From IMG/VR virus record IMGVR_UViG_3300014202_001567, positions 1 through 29,684 of that record: a DNA stretch of 29,684 nt. One strand, 5' to 3'. This document shows, one piece after another, positions 7,886 to 16,290 of the stretch. Position 1 is the first letter of the stretch. Each line of letters begins with the position of its first letter. This stretch comes from a virus. Its lineage: Duplodnaviria > Caudoviricetes. The notes below the pieces were generated by a model, which had not been told where the DNA came from, made no database searches, and was given only the letters and a program-made list of their open reading frames with translations. The translations under genes were made by a program, and so were the position numbers.

Positions 7886-7906
7886 TCGTAACCACTCCTT
7901 AAAAAA

Positions 7907-8425
7907 TTAGTGCCTGCCGTACACTTTGTTGCTAGCGTCAACTGCTGCAAGCCAAAACTCTTTAGACGGAGTGAAGTGTGTATCAGTAATAATTTCAACA
8001 TCACCAAGTTGCTCGGCATAAAAAGCCGCGACATTACTAATTACTTTATAAAGTTGACCATATGTGGCAACTACTTTGCGCAGTAATAAATAACCTTCTT
8101 CACCATGTTCTAAGCGAACTTCTTCACCTGTTTTAGTGAAAAAGCTTTTCATTAATCGGCTATAGCCTTTTAGCGTTGACTCTAAATCTAGCAAATTTTG
8201 ATATTCAGCTTCTTCAATAACTTGCGCACCATTACATAAATCATAATAGTATTGTTTGAAATCCAGCAACACTTTGCCAAGCTCATGGATACGACATTCT
8301 AAGTTTTTATATGTCGAATTTTTGTGGCAGTTTTCAGCTACAACGCCGGTATTTGATAGCATACTGGCTTCTACATTTGCTGTAGTTATGCCAAATGCAC
8401 TTGAAATGATAGTGGCGATTAGCAT
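7907..8425 (-). CDS. Putative antitoxin or partner of YafO, helical protein of unknown family
   Basis: Lies directly upstream of yafO (21-nt gap). Likely start ATG 8425 after AAGGGGGG; alternative start at 8443. Confidence 0.55.
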   Translation of the reverse strand: MLIATIISSAFGITTANVEASMLSNTGVVAENCHKNSTYKNLECRIHELGKVLLDFKQYYYDLCNGAQVIEEAEYQNLLDLESTLKGYSRLMKSFFTKTGEEVRLEHGEEGYLLLRKVVATYGQLYKVISNVAAFYAEQLGDVEIITDTHFTPSKEFWLAAVDASNKVYGRH

Positions 8426-8529
8426 AGCAGATCCCCCCTTCATAATGACTACTCCGTATTTAGTATAGCAGCTTAGACACAAAAGGCCTGTTACATAGTG
8501 TAAACAGACCTACTTTCTAAGGCCGCGAC

Positions 8530-8557
8530 ATTATCCATTTCTCTGTCTAAAATACAA
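8530..8557 (-). promoter_or_regulatory. Putative sigma70 promoter for the partner-yafO operon
   Basis: Minus-strand TTGTAT (8557-8552), 16 bp, GATAAT (8535-8530), then a GC-rich discriminator. Confidence 0.5.
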
Positions 8558-8683
8558 GCGAATTCGATATTAGCTATGAAATATCACTGTATCCTACCGA
8601 TGACTTTACACGATAAAAAATAAATTACAAATGGGTAACAAAGAAATTTTGAACTGAAGAAGATAAAGTAAATTATTGAAATA

Positions 8684-8699
8684 CTGTGTTTATATACAG
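8684..8699. promoter_or_regulatory. LexA (SOS) box
   Basis: CTGTGTTTATATACAG is CTG-N10-CAG with an AT-rich core, flanked by TA on the left, immediately past the cI stop codon. Confidence 0.75.
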
Positions 8700-8700
8700 A

Positions 8701-9402
8701 TTAGATTAATACTGAGTACCAAAACACTTTACCGATGATTTTGATGTGTTTTAGTTTTTCAGCATTCAAGTGTTCGTCTGGCCATTCTTCAGTATTGTAA
8801 CTGCGTAGGCGCAGTCCGCCGCCAGGGAGCTTGTAGAGCATTTTGACGCGCATCATGCCATCGTGGTTAATGGCGTACATTTTACCGTCGATGATCTCTG
8901 TGGCTGAGGTATCAACGCCCACAGTTGAGCCGTGGGGTAATACGGGCTCCATGCTGTTGCCATTCACTTTGACACAGGCCGCATGATCTGTGTTTACGCC
9001 TTGACGCTTAAGGCTGCTTTTGGCAAAGCGGAGCTTAGGGCCTTTATACTCAATACCTTCTGCAATACCTTCGCCGGCAGATAGCTCGACATCCATGTAA
9101 AAGGGTATCTCAACCTCATCGTCACCGAGTGGACTATCGCTGTCCCATAGATCAAAACCGCCTGCCCATTCTGCATTCGATTCAGGTTTCTTCGTGTTTT
9201 TACTATCGCCAAACATCAACCAGTCGGGTGAGCACTGAAGTGCTTGAGCTAACTTGTAGAGGTTTTCACCTTTTGGAGATGTATCACCTGATTCCCATTG
9301 TGAAATGGTAACGCTTGAAACTCCGACTTTTTTACTAAGTTGGAGTTGAGTCAGGTTAATGATCTTTCTTCGCTCTTTAGAGCGTTCGCCGAGTGTTTTC
9401 AT
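8701..9402 (-). CDS. cI: CI-like repressor (XRE HTH plus S24 peptidase)
   Basis: N-terminal HTH (LTQLQLSKKVGVSSVTISQWE), cleavage motif SAGEG, catalytic GNSMEP and VKML. Confidence 0.95.
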   Translation of the reverse strand: MKTLGERSKERRKIINLTQLQLSKKVGVSSVTISQWESGDTSPKGENLYKLAQALQCSPDWLMFGDSKNTKKPESNAEWAGGFDLWDSDSPLGDDEVEIPFYMDVELSAGEGIAEGIEYKGPKLRFAKSSLKRQGVNTDHAACVKVNGNSMEPVLPHGSTVGVDTSATEIIDGKMYAINHDGMMRVKMLYKLPGGGLRLRSYNTEEWPDEHLNAEKLKHIKIIGKVFWYSVLI

Positions 9403-9464
9403 ATAAGTTATCTTAAATCAATTTGACTTAGGTTTTATTTATGCTGATACTTAGGAAAACTTAA
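9403..9464. promoter_or_regulatory. OR operators (3 sites) with PR and PRM
   Basis: ATAAGTTATCTTAA (9403-9416), TTAGGTTTTATTTA (9428-9441) and TTAGGAAAACTTAA (9451-9464, identical to an OL site). PR is TTGACT (9423-9428), 17 bp, GATACT (9446-9451). PRM -10 is TAAGAT on the minus strand (9415-9410). Confidence 0.85.
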
Positions 9465-9481
9465 GTTTAGGGTGGTGAAAA

Positions 9482-9685
9482 ATGAAAACTCAGCTTGCCG
9501 TCGAACACTTCAAAGGGAAATCGAAACTAGCTAATGCATTAGGTATTAATCCAGCATCCGTTTCTCAGTGGGGTGAAGACGTTCCCGAACTCCGCGCTTA
9601 TCAAATCGAGCGCCTAACCGATGGCGCACTCAAAGTTAACCCCGTCGTTGTTTTAGATAATCCTGAGTCGGCGAGTGTGGCTTAG
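9482..9685 (+). CDS. cro: Cro-like regulator
   Basis: 67-aa HTH (KLANALGINPASVSQWGEDVPELRAYQIE) divergent from cI. Confidence 0.9.
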   Translation: MKTQLAVEHFKGKSKLANALGINPASVSQWGEDVPELRAYQIERLTDGALKVNPVVVLDNPESASVA

Positions 9686-9716
9686 GTTCACTGTAGGTTG
9701 AAGGAGGACAGTACAC

Positions 9717-10340
9717 ATGAAAACCCATTCACGTAAAAATGACAGCCGTTTGAATTTGTTAATGAAAACGATTCATCGGGTATTGGAGTTACCCAAGATG
9801 ACGCGCTTTGCGCTGGCGATAGATTTTGTTGCGGCGGTTGAACGTCTCGGGCTAAGCGAGGTGTTGGCGGCGGAGGGCATTAGCTTTGCCAGCAGTCAAG
9901 ACGTGCACAACGATGCGCGGATAAATGCGCAAAAGCTGTTCCGTTGGCTTGGCCAGTACGAGGGTCAGCACCCGCAGGCTGATCGCTTGTTTCATGTTGA
10001 ACAAGCACTGGTGGCGGCACTGCCTGAGCATTTGCGGGTGCAGTATCTCAACGATGTATTTGGTTGCACTGGGGTGACGGTAATTGCTGATCGCATGAGT
10101 GATGGCCATGTGTTGCATGTGGCCGATATGGCGGCATCGCTCACCAAAGAGAACGCCGAGGCGCAAGTGGCGGTGATCCATTTGGGTCCGGCGCCGAAGC
10201 GCGAGCAGTTAGTGGCGGCGCACCGCGAGTTAAAAGAGTCGGCGGCGACTACGCAAGCGAGCATGGCGGCGTTAGAGCTGGCGTATCCGTATTTAGCGAG
10301 TCATGGCGGCAAGGCGGCGCAATACGCGACCGAGCAGTGA
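9717..10340 (+). CDS. CII-position regulatory protein (YdaT/CII-like)
   Basis: Follows cro; SD AAGGAGG; NAQKLFRWL and ALVAALP motifs. Confidence 0.65.
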   Translation: MKTHSRKNDSRLNLLMKTIHRVLELPKMTRFALAIDFVAAVERLGLSEVLAAEGISFASSQDVHNDARINAQKLFRWLGQYEGQHPQADRLFHVEQALVAALPEHLRVQYLNDVFGCTGVTVIADRMSDGHVLHVADMAASLTKENAEAQVAVIHLGPAPKREQLVAAHRELKESAATTQASMAALELAYPYLASHGGKAAQYATEQ

Positions 10341-10364
10341 TTGGCATGTTGATTAGCGGTAAAG

Positions 10365-10454
10365 ATAAGAAAGCCCGCTAGAGCTGTGGAGGCAGCGGGC
10401 TTAATACCTAAGTTAGGCAACAGCATGTTACGTAAGCATGGGCTTTGGGTCAAT
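10365..10454 (-). ncRNA. Antisense promoter-terminator unit copy 1 (oop-like small RNA)
   Basis: Minus-strand TTGACC (10453-10448), 17 bp, TAACAT (10430-10425), then the hairpin AAGCCCGCT...AGCGGGCTT followed by TCTTAT. Confidence 0.55.
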
Positions 10455-10483
10455 TGTCGGCCTTGATACCACGGCTTTAAGGC

Positions 10484-11104
10484 ATGCATGGGGGCGATAT
10501 GTTTGATCCTGAATGTTTGATTTGTTGTTTGGAGGGCGGCGCCGCGTGTTCGGTGCATGGCGATGCTGCGAATCGTGATGATGAACCTGTTACGCCAGCG
10601 TTTGCGGATTATATGCGGCGAGAGGATGAAGCGGTCGATCCAAAGGTCGCGTTATTGGTTGCTCAGGCTAACGTGCTGATGATGCAGGCTGCAGCCTTGA
10701 GTAAAAACACCTTACCTATGTGCCAAGTCGATTTGCGGCGCGAGTTAGCGACTTTTTACGGTTTTAGCACCTTGGATAATTTTAGCCGTTTGCAGGTGGG
10801 CCGCATTGTTGAGCTGTTGCGAACGCAACCCGAGTTAGAGGCGTTAGATGACGTCAGCTTAGTGGAGATCGCCAACAAAGTGGTGAGTCGGGTGATTTTA
10901 GGTGATGCAGGCACCTTGATGTTGCCGCGGGTGTGTGTGGATTGGTTTTTAGCTTATTTGCAGATGGAAGAAATGCGCGCCGAGCGTTCGATTGAGGTGA
11001 CGCGGATTGACCCCGTTAATCAGGCCAAGCATATCAAGCGGCGCGATATTTATAGCCAGTTACGCACTAACTTAGCGCGGGATATTTATCACTTGGATGG
11101 CTGA
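10484..11104 (+). CDS. Phage hypothetical protein between the two repeat units
   Basis: 206-aa ORF; the start may be ATG 10499 (MFDPECLICC). Confidence 0.65.
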   Translation: MHGGDMFDPECLICCLEGGAACSVHGDAANRDDEPVTPAFADYMRREDEAVDPKVALLVAQANVLMMQAAALSKNTLPMCQVDLRRELATFYGFSTLDNFSRLQVGRIVELLRTQPELEALDDVSLVEIANKVVSRVILGDAGTLMLPRVCVDWFLAYLQMEEMRAERSIEVTRIDPVNQAKHIKRRDIYSQLRTNLARDIYHLDG

Positions 11105-11144
11105 GTATTGATGATGTGACAAAACATAAAGGGTTGAAGTTGAA

Positions 11145-11238
11145 ATAAGAAAGCCCGCTAAAGTTTGGCGACTGAGCGCGGGCTTAATACCTAAGAGAGG
11201 CGATTACATGTTACGTATACATGATGATTTCGTCAATT
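11145..11238 (-). ncRNA. Antisense promoter-terminator unit copy 2 (oop-like small RNA)
   Basis: Minus-strand TTGACG (11236-11231), 17 bp, TAACAT (11213-11208). Shares ATAAGAAAGCCCGCTA, GCGGGCTTAATACCTAAG and CATGTTACGTA with copy 1. Confidence 0.55.
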
Positions 11239-11272
11239 TTGTGCTGGCTGTCGCGCAGTTAGGCGGTGGCTT

Positions 11273-12022
11273 ATGAGCATGGAATTGATGGTAAAAGCGA
11301 TGAAGGCCAAGGTGGGTAATCCACTGCGTAAGTTAGTGTTGATTAAGCTGGCCGACAACGCGAACGATAATGGTGAATGTTGGCCGAGCCATCAGCATAT
11401 TGCTGACCAGTGCGAGATTGGTCATAGCACTGTGAGAAAGCATATTGCGGCCTTGGTTGATATGGGTTTTGTGACGATTAAAAATCGTAAGGGACCTAAG
11501 GGAAATTTAACCAATATTTACACGATTTCAATCTGCTACGAGGTAGCACCCCCTGTGCTAGCAGATAGCACCGAAGGGGTGCCACCAGATAGCATAGGTA
11601 TGCCACCAGATAGCACACCCCCTATGCCACCAGATAGCACCGGAATCTATCACTCTTTTGAACCTATCAATGAATCTTTAAAAGATAGTTGTCCAGCAAC
11701 GAGTGCTAAGTCGGTTTTCAATGCGTTTTTTAAAGCGTATCCCGCCCATCGCAAAGGCGGCTCGGATTCGGCTGCGTGGAAAGCGTGGAAGGGTGAAAAG
11801 CTGACCGATGCCGATTGTGTGTTGGCGGTGACTTGGTTGAAGGAGGCTGCGGCGCTGGATGCAAGTTGGGGCTTTAGCGCTAACGGCCAGTTTGTGTTGG
11901 GTATTACCAAGTTTATCCGCGAACGCCACTGGCTAACACCGTTGCCAAGACCGATGGGTACCGCTGTTGGGCAAGTGGATTGGCGCCATGCGGTGTATGA
12001 CCCAGAGGACCCCTTGATATGA
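11273..12022 (+). CDS. Replication initiator (O-like, N-terminal winged HTH)
   Basis: KLVLIKLADNANDNGECWPS...IADQCE motif, with iterons in mid-gene. Confidence 0.9.
   Translation: MSMELMVKAMKAKVGNPLRKLVLIKLADNANDNGECWPSHQHIADQCEIGHSTVRKHIAALVDMGFVTIKNRKGPKGNLTNIYTISICYEVAPPVLADSTEGVPPDSIGMPPDSTPPMPPDSTGIYHSFEPINESLKDSCPATSAKSVFNAFFKAYPAHRKGGSDSAAWKAWKGEKLTDADCVLAVTWLKEAAALDASWGFSANGQFVLGITKFIRERHWLTPLPRPMGTAVGQVDWRHAVYDPEDPLI
11534..11690 (+). repeat. Replication origin: five 15-bp iterons plus AT-rich tract
   Basis: TGCTACGAGGTAGCA (11534), TGCTAGCAGATAGCA (11556) and TGCCACCAGATAGCA (11580, 11601, 11625), followed by AT-rich sequence. Confidence 0.85.
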
Positions 12023-12705
12023 CTGCCAAGCAAAATACGAGCATGAAATCACTGCAAACCTTAATCCGCCAGCCGCTGGTTGGGCAGGGCGCGCGGGTGG
12101 CGCAACCCGAGCCGACGGCAATGGATATGGCGATTGTGGACAGCGTGTTTAGCAAGTTGCGGGTGTTGTTCCCTGTGAGTGCGCCGCGGCCTGAGGACGA
12201 AGCGACCCACAAATGTGAGTGGCTTAAAACCTTGGCCGCGCAGGGCATTGCGAGCCGCGAGCAAGTGCAAGCGGGGCTGAATCGCGCTAGACGCGAGCAG
12301 GGCGATAGGCAGTTTTGGCCGACACCGCGCCAGTTTGCGCTTTGGTGCCAACCGACAGCCTGTGATTTAGGATTGCCCAAGTTAGAGGCGGCGTTTAAGG
12401 AAGCAACGCGCCATTACCATCACCCTGATAAGCATACGTGGAGCCATGATGTGGTGCGCTTAGCGGTGCGTGAGACGGGCAGTTGGATGTTTGCGACTGG
12501 GCTTGAGAAGGACGTGTTGATGACGTTTGAGCGCAATTACACAGTCTTATGCAGACGCTTTAGCCGTGGCGAGTTGACCGATGTTGAGTTGCCTAAGGCA
12601 TTACCTGAAACGGTGACGCGGCCGACTGAGGCGGCAAAGGCAAAATCGATTATTGCCAATTTACGGGCAAACCTAGGGCTTAAGGGGGCAAACGATGGCT
12701 GCTAG
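12019..12705 (+). CDS. Replication protein P-like helicase loader
   Basis: Follows O with an ATGA overlap. K.EWLKTLAAQGI...QVQAGL..AR...FWPTPRQFALWC motif. Confidence 0.85.
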   Translation: MTAKQNTSMKSLQTLIRQPLVGQGARVAQPEPTAMDMAIVDSVFSKLRVLFPVSAPRPEDEATHKCEWLKTLAAQGIASREQVQAGLNRARREQGDRQFWPTPRQFALWCQPTACDLGLPKLEAAFKEATRHYHHPDKHTWSHDVVRLAVRETGSWMFATGLEKDVLMTFERNYTVLCRRFSRGELTDVELPKALPETVTRPTEAAKAKSIIANLRANLGLKGANDGC

Positions 12706-13951
12706 CGGGGTTGAGGTGGGTAAGTTGAACGATGCAGCACTGCGCCGTTGGTTACGTGGCGGTTTGACTCGGGATTTTAGGGACCCGCAGTTTCCTGAGC
12801 TGCGTTTACGGGCAACGGCGGATAGGACGAAGGCGAGCGTGCATTTGGTGATTAATGAGGGCGATAAAACCGTTTGGAAGAAGCAAGGCGTGTGGCCGAG
12901 CATGTGCATTAAGACGTTTTTGGCGGATTTACCTGTGATGCTGGCTAAGCGTAGTGCGGGCGCGGATGTGTTGCGCGGTGAGTTTGCTACTGTGACTGAT
13001 TTGCTGTTGTGGTATGGGGATTATTTGGATGGTAATACGACGTTAAGCCCGAGCTGGCGCGATAACTGTAGGTCGATTATGCGTAAGCAGTTGTTGCCTA
13101 AGTTGGGTGATGTGGCTTTGGCTGAGTTGTCGTTTTTGGTGGTGGATAGTGCGTTGGTGAAGCTGATGCTGAATGAGGGTTATGCGCCGCATTACATTCG
13201 TTTGAGTGTGAATGTGCTTAAGCGGGCGTTGAGTTTGGCGGCGGATTTTAGGTTGTTATTGCTTAATCCTCTGATGGGTTATCGAGTGACGATGAGTTTA
13301 ACCTTATCACCTAAGCCTGATACGCGCTTGATGGAGTCGGACTTAGGGCCGTTGTTTGTGGCGTTGCGTGATGCATTTATGCCGGTGGCGATGTTGTTTA
13401 TGTTGATGCTGATGTTTGGCACGCGCATTGGTGAAACCCGTTTGGCACGATGGGAGCATTTTGCGGGTGAGTTTTGGTTTATTCCTGCGGCGAACGCGAA
13501 GAACCGCCAAGAGCACCGGCTACCGTTAACGCCTACGGCTAAGGCGTTGATCCAGCATTATTTGCAGTGGCAGCTTAAAAATGTGGGTAAGCGGGCGTTT
13601 TTGTTTGCGGGTGATGTGGGCGCTATTAGCCAGCGCACTGCGCATTATTGGAGTGAGACGATTCGGTTTAAAGAGTTTACCTCGCATGATTTGCGCAAGC
13701 TTTGCCGGACGATTATTCAAGACATGGGTGTCGATACTATGGTGGGTGAGCGGTTGCTTAATCATGCCTTGCCTGTGCTTTTGCGTACCTATGTTCATTC
13801 GACGTTGGATAAGGGCATGTTGAGTGCGCTTGATGCGTATCACGCGCATTTAATTTCGCTCGGTTTTAGTGAGGTTGCGCCCGAGATAATCCCTAGATCG
13901 CCTGTGAATGTTGGGAGTGTTCAAACCCTTGGTGTGAGTGGGTGGCTGTGA
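12695..13951 (+). CDS. Tyrosine recombinase (phage integrase family)
   Basis: Catalytic set is intact: GTRIGE (R), NAKN (K), SHDLRK (HxxR), LLNH (H), RTYVH (Y). Confidence 0.9.
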   Translation: MAASGVEVGKLNDAALRRWLRGGLTRDFRDPQFPELRLRATADRTKASVHLVINEGDKTVWKKQGVWPSMCIKTFLADLPVMLAKRSAGADVLRGEFATVTDLLLWYGDYLDGNTTLSPSWRDNCRSIMRKQLLPKLGDVALAELSFLVVDSALVKLMLNEGYAPHYIRLSVNVLKRALSLAADFRLLLLNPLMGYRVTMSLTLSPKPDTRLMESDLGPLFVALRDAFMPVAMLFMLMLMFGTRIGETRLARWEHFAGEFWFIPAANAKNRQEHRLPLTPTAKALIQHYLQWQLKNVGKRAFLFAGDVGAISQRTAHYWSETIRFKEFTSHDLRKLCRTIIQDMGVDTMVGERLLNHALPVLLRTYVHSTLDKGMLSALDAYHAHLISLGFSEVAPEIIPRSPVNVGSVQTLGVSGWL

Positions 13952-14006
13952 TGATCGTTGCATCAGCCTTACAAGAGTATGCAATGGCACAAATTAAGGT
14001 GGTTTT

Positions 14007-14225
14007 ATGAGTCATCCAGCTGCAAAAATTCTAAAAACAGGCAGGGCGATTAAGGGGCTTTCTCAGGACGAAGTGGCGGCGTTTTACGGGATAAGCCGCC
14101 GAACGTATCAGCGATGGGAGAATGGCAAGAGTAACGTGCCTTATAACCACCTGCGCTCAATAGTGGATGATGTATTCCATTTATCGATAGACCAGATCAC
14201 GGAGGTGGCTAATGCGAGTATGTGA
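14007..14225 (+). CDS. XRE-family HTH protein
   Basis: GLSQDEVAAFYGISRRTYQRWENG. Confidence 0.85.
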   Translation: MSHPAAKILKTGRAIKGLSQDEVAAFYGISRRTYQRWENGKSNVPYNHLRSIVDDVFHLSIDQITEVANASM

Positions 14226-14565
14226 TGCGCAAGAGCAGGTTATTAACATGAAAGCCCTTCGTGCTGGGCTCAATGCCTGGGGGCGTTATTGGGCGTTCCA
14301 AGAACTCGGGAAAGGTTTCACTAATCGCAGTGCTTGCGATAAGTTAGGTGAGGTGCAGGTTTATGGATGTGCGTTGGTTAGGGAGTTGAGCGTTCCTAAG
14401 CAGGTGGTCCAGTTCGATAGGATGATTGAGCGGTTATCGCCAAACTGTATTCGGGCGATTCGCACCTGTTACGTGTGCAAAGGTCAGTGGGCATTGATGG
14501 GGTTCGACAGTAAGAAGTCGTATGTGTATTGGTTGAGAAGAGCAGAGATTCAATTAGCAAAGTGA
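14212..14565 (+). CDS. Late-gene regulator, antiterminator Q-like
   Basis: Position before the late region; LNAWGRYW N-terminus and a sigma region-4-like C-terminus. Confidence 0.55.
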   Translation: MRVCDAQEQVINMKALRAGLNAWGRYWAFQELGKGFTNRSACDKLGEVQVYGCALVRELSVPKQVVQFDRMIERLSPNCIRAIRTCYVCKGQWALMGFDSKKSYVYWLRRAEIQLAK

Positions 14566-14573
14566 GGTGGGTG

Positions 14574-15188
14574 ATGGAGCAATTCTTTTTGTTTGGTGAT
14601 TTAGAAACGGGTGGGCTGAACGGCCGCTTAGACAATGGGATGCTGGGTATGGAGTATTACCCTATCTTTGAGCTGGCCTTTATCGTGACTGATAGTGAGC
14701 TAAACCAAGTGGGTGAAGCGCTGCACATTGTTGTGCATCAAGACGATGAACACATTGCAAGGTCACATGAGTGGGCGATAGATGTGCATACCAAGAGTGG
14801 GTTGTTAGCTGCTGTTCGTGCCTCATCAGTATCGTTAGCACAGGCTGAGCAGATGGTACTCGAACACCTGAAAGCACTGGGAATACCTAAGCATGACCGT
14901 AAAGCTAAGACTGGTGTGGTGTTTGCGGGTAACTCAATCATGTTTGATCGTTCGTTTATCATGTGCCAAATGCCTGAGCTTCATGAGTACATGCATTACA
15001 GGCAGCTAGACATATCAGCACTAGGGCTCGCAGCTAGAGCTTGGGCGCCTGAGGTTGAGCGTAATGCGATTAAGGCTAAGCAGTATCAGCATGAAGCCTT
15101 AGCCGATATTCGGGAGTCGATAGCGGAACTCAAGTACTATCGCGACGAGTTGTTTGGTTGTGAAATATCATCTTTGTCAATAGGTTAG
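14574..15188 (+). CDS. orn: Oligoribonuclease (DEDDh)
   Basis: DLETGGL, HTKSGL, AGNSIMFDRSF, HYRQLDIS and HEALADIRESIAELKYYR motifs. Start ATG 14574 after SD GAGGTG. Confidence 0.9.
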   Translation: MEQFFLFGDLETGGLNGRLDNGMLGMEYYPIFELAFIVTDSELNQVGEALHIVVHQDDEHIARSHEWAIDVHTKSGLLAAVRASSVSLAQAEQMVLEHLKALGIPKHDRKAKTGVVFAGNSIMFDRSFIMCQMPELHEYMHYRQLDISALGLAARAWAPEVERNAIKAKQYQHEALADIRESIAELKYYRDELFGCEISSLSIG

Positions 15189-15249
15189 GCGCGGTCTGTT
15201 CAAATGAGAATGGCTATCATCAGAGCTGGATGCGACCTATTATCATCAC

Positions 15250-15320
15250 GGGTCCTTCCGGCTCGATTCACTGCGGGGGCAGTGACGCGCAATGCTTCAC
15301 TACATATGAGAATTTTGGGG
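15250..15320 (+). other. cos: Lambda-like cos site (cosQ, cosN, I2-like)
   Basis: cosQ-like GGGTCCT (15250-15256); symmetric TGCG-[GGGGCAGTGACG]-CGCA (15272-15291); CTACATATGAGAATTTT resembles the lambda sequence CTATTTATGAAAATTTT right of cosN. Confidence 0.75.
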
Positions 15321-15509
15321 AGGTTGGTTGTTGTTTTATGAGCCCCCTAAAACACCCTTCCAACACTCGCTTAGAAATCCCTACTAACCAATTGATATTT
15401 TGTTAGAAATTGTTTGTAATGCATGTGCTGTTATTAGCAGATCGACAGGGATCTAATATACCAACTTTTGATCCTATAAGTGCGTAGAACAAACATACAG
15501 AGGTTTTGA

Positions 15510-16187
15510 ATGCCAAATGCTGCCATACCAGAGGCCATTACTTGGCTAAGTCCAACTACGATGTTCGCTATCCTTGCTGCGTTTGTCACAGTTGCTAAGC
15601 TAATTTCTTATCTTCATTTTGAAAGACATAAGTTTAATCATAAAAATCTTGAAATAGCTCAGTCCAGTTTGAGTGCCAATCTTCATAAACCAAGTCTGAA
15701 GCAAAGATTCCTCACTGAGCATGTTTTTAGCTTGATGTATCGATGTAAGCTCACTTACGACGAGATCAACGTTTTGCTAAGGTATTCAAATCCGAGCCGT
15801 GCATTCGAACTTTTTGTGAAGGGAAAGGCTTATTTAAAACTATCTAATAATCTGAATTCGATAACTCTTAATGGACGTTATTGGTCACTACCTATTTGGA
15901 AGTGGGAGGTGTATACAAGAGATTTATTGCTTCTCTCGTGTTATGTGATTTTTGGCATTATAGGGACATATGCCATAGCTCCTTTCGTTTATGTTTATGA
16001 TGACGGCAGCTGGTTTACTGTGCCTAAGCTCTTTGAGTCGTATGGTTTGATTGGAATCATGTGGGCATCATTGAGTATTTTGGGTTCGTTCATTTTCTGG
16101 ATATTTGCATTCAAGTCAATAACTTCAATTGGCAATATGAGCGCAGCTTTTAGATTGGTCGAAATTGAGCGTAAATCACTTAAGTGA
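15510..16187 (+). CDS. Moron-like membrane protein (about 3 TM helices)
   Basis: AT-rich 225-aa ORF with SD AGAGG; one hydrophobic segment at the N-terminus and two at the C-terminus. Confidence 0.75.
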   Translation: MPNAAIPEAITWLSPTTMFAILAAFVTVAKLISYLHFERHKFNHKNLEIAQSSLSANLHKPSLKQRFLTEHVFSLMYRCKLTYDEINVLLRYSNPSRAFELFVKGKAYLKLSNNLNSITLNGRYWSLPIWKWEVYTRDLLLLSCYVIFGIIGTYAIAPFVYVYDDGSWFTVPKLFESYGLIGIMWASLSILGSFIFWIFAFKSITSIGNMSAAFRLVEIERKSLK

Positions 16188-16251
16188 TAAGTAAAACGAT
16201 AAATCCTCTGTGATTAAGTTTTCACGTATCACATATTTACAAATTCCGAAA

Positions 16252-16290
16252 CGACACTTTTGTCGCTTTTAGCGACACTTTTGGCGCTTT
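16252..16290 (+). promoter_or_regulatory. Tandem 18-bp repeats, probable late promoter regulator sites
   Basis: CGACACTTTTGTCGCTTT (16252-16269) and CGACACTTTTGGCGCTTT (16273-16290), with a 21-bp period. Confidence 0.55.

Noticed and set aside
8488-8507. Second SOS box CTGT...ACAG
   Set aside because: The spacing is CTG-N14-CAG, not N10.
11534-11639. Short repeats as a CRISPR array or protein repeat
   Set aside because: Spacers of 6-9 bp inside an O-like gene, followed by an AT-rich tract, fit replication iterons.
12695-13951. The recombinase as the integron integrase serving the cassettes
   Set aside because: It looks like a phage-type integrase. The segment between the catalytic K and HxxR seems too short for the IntI-specific insertion, and it is 11 kb away with no attI.
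15202-15248. Fur-box-like AATGAGAATGGCTATCAT
   Set aside because: Several mismatches, and similar sequence precedes cosQ in lambdoid phages, so it is better explained as part of cos.
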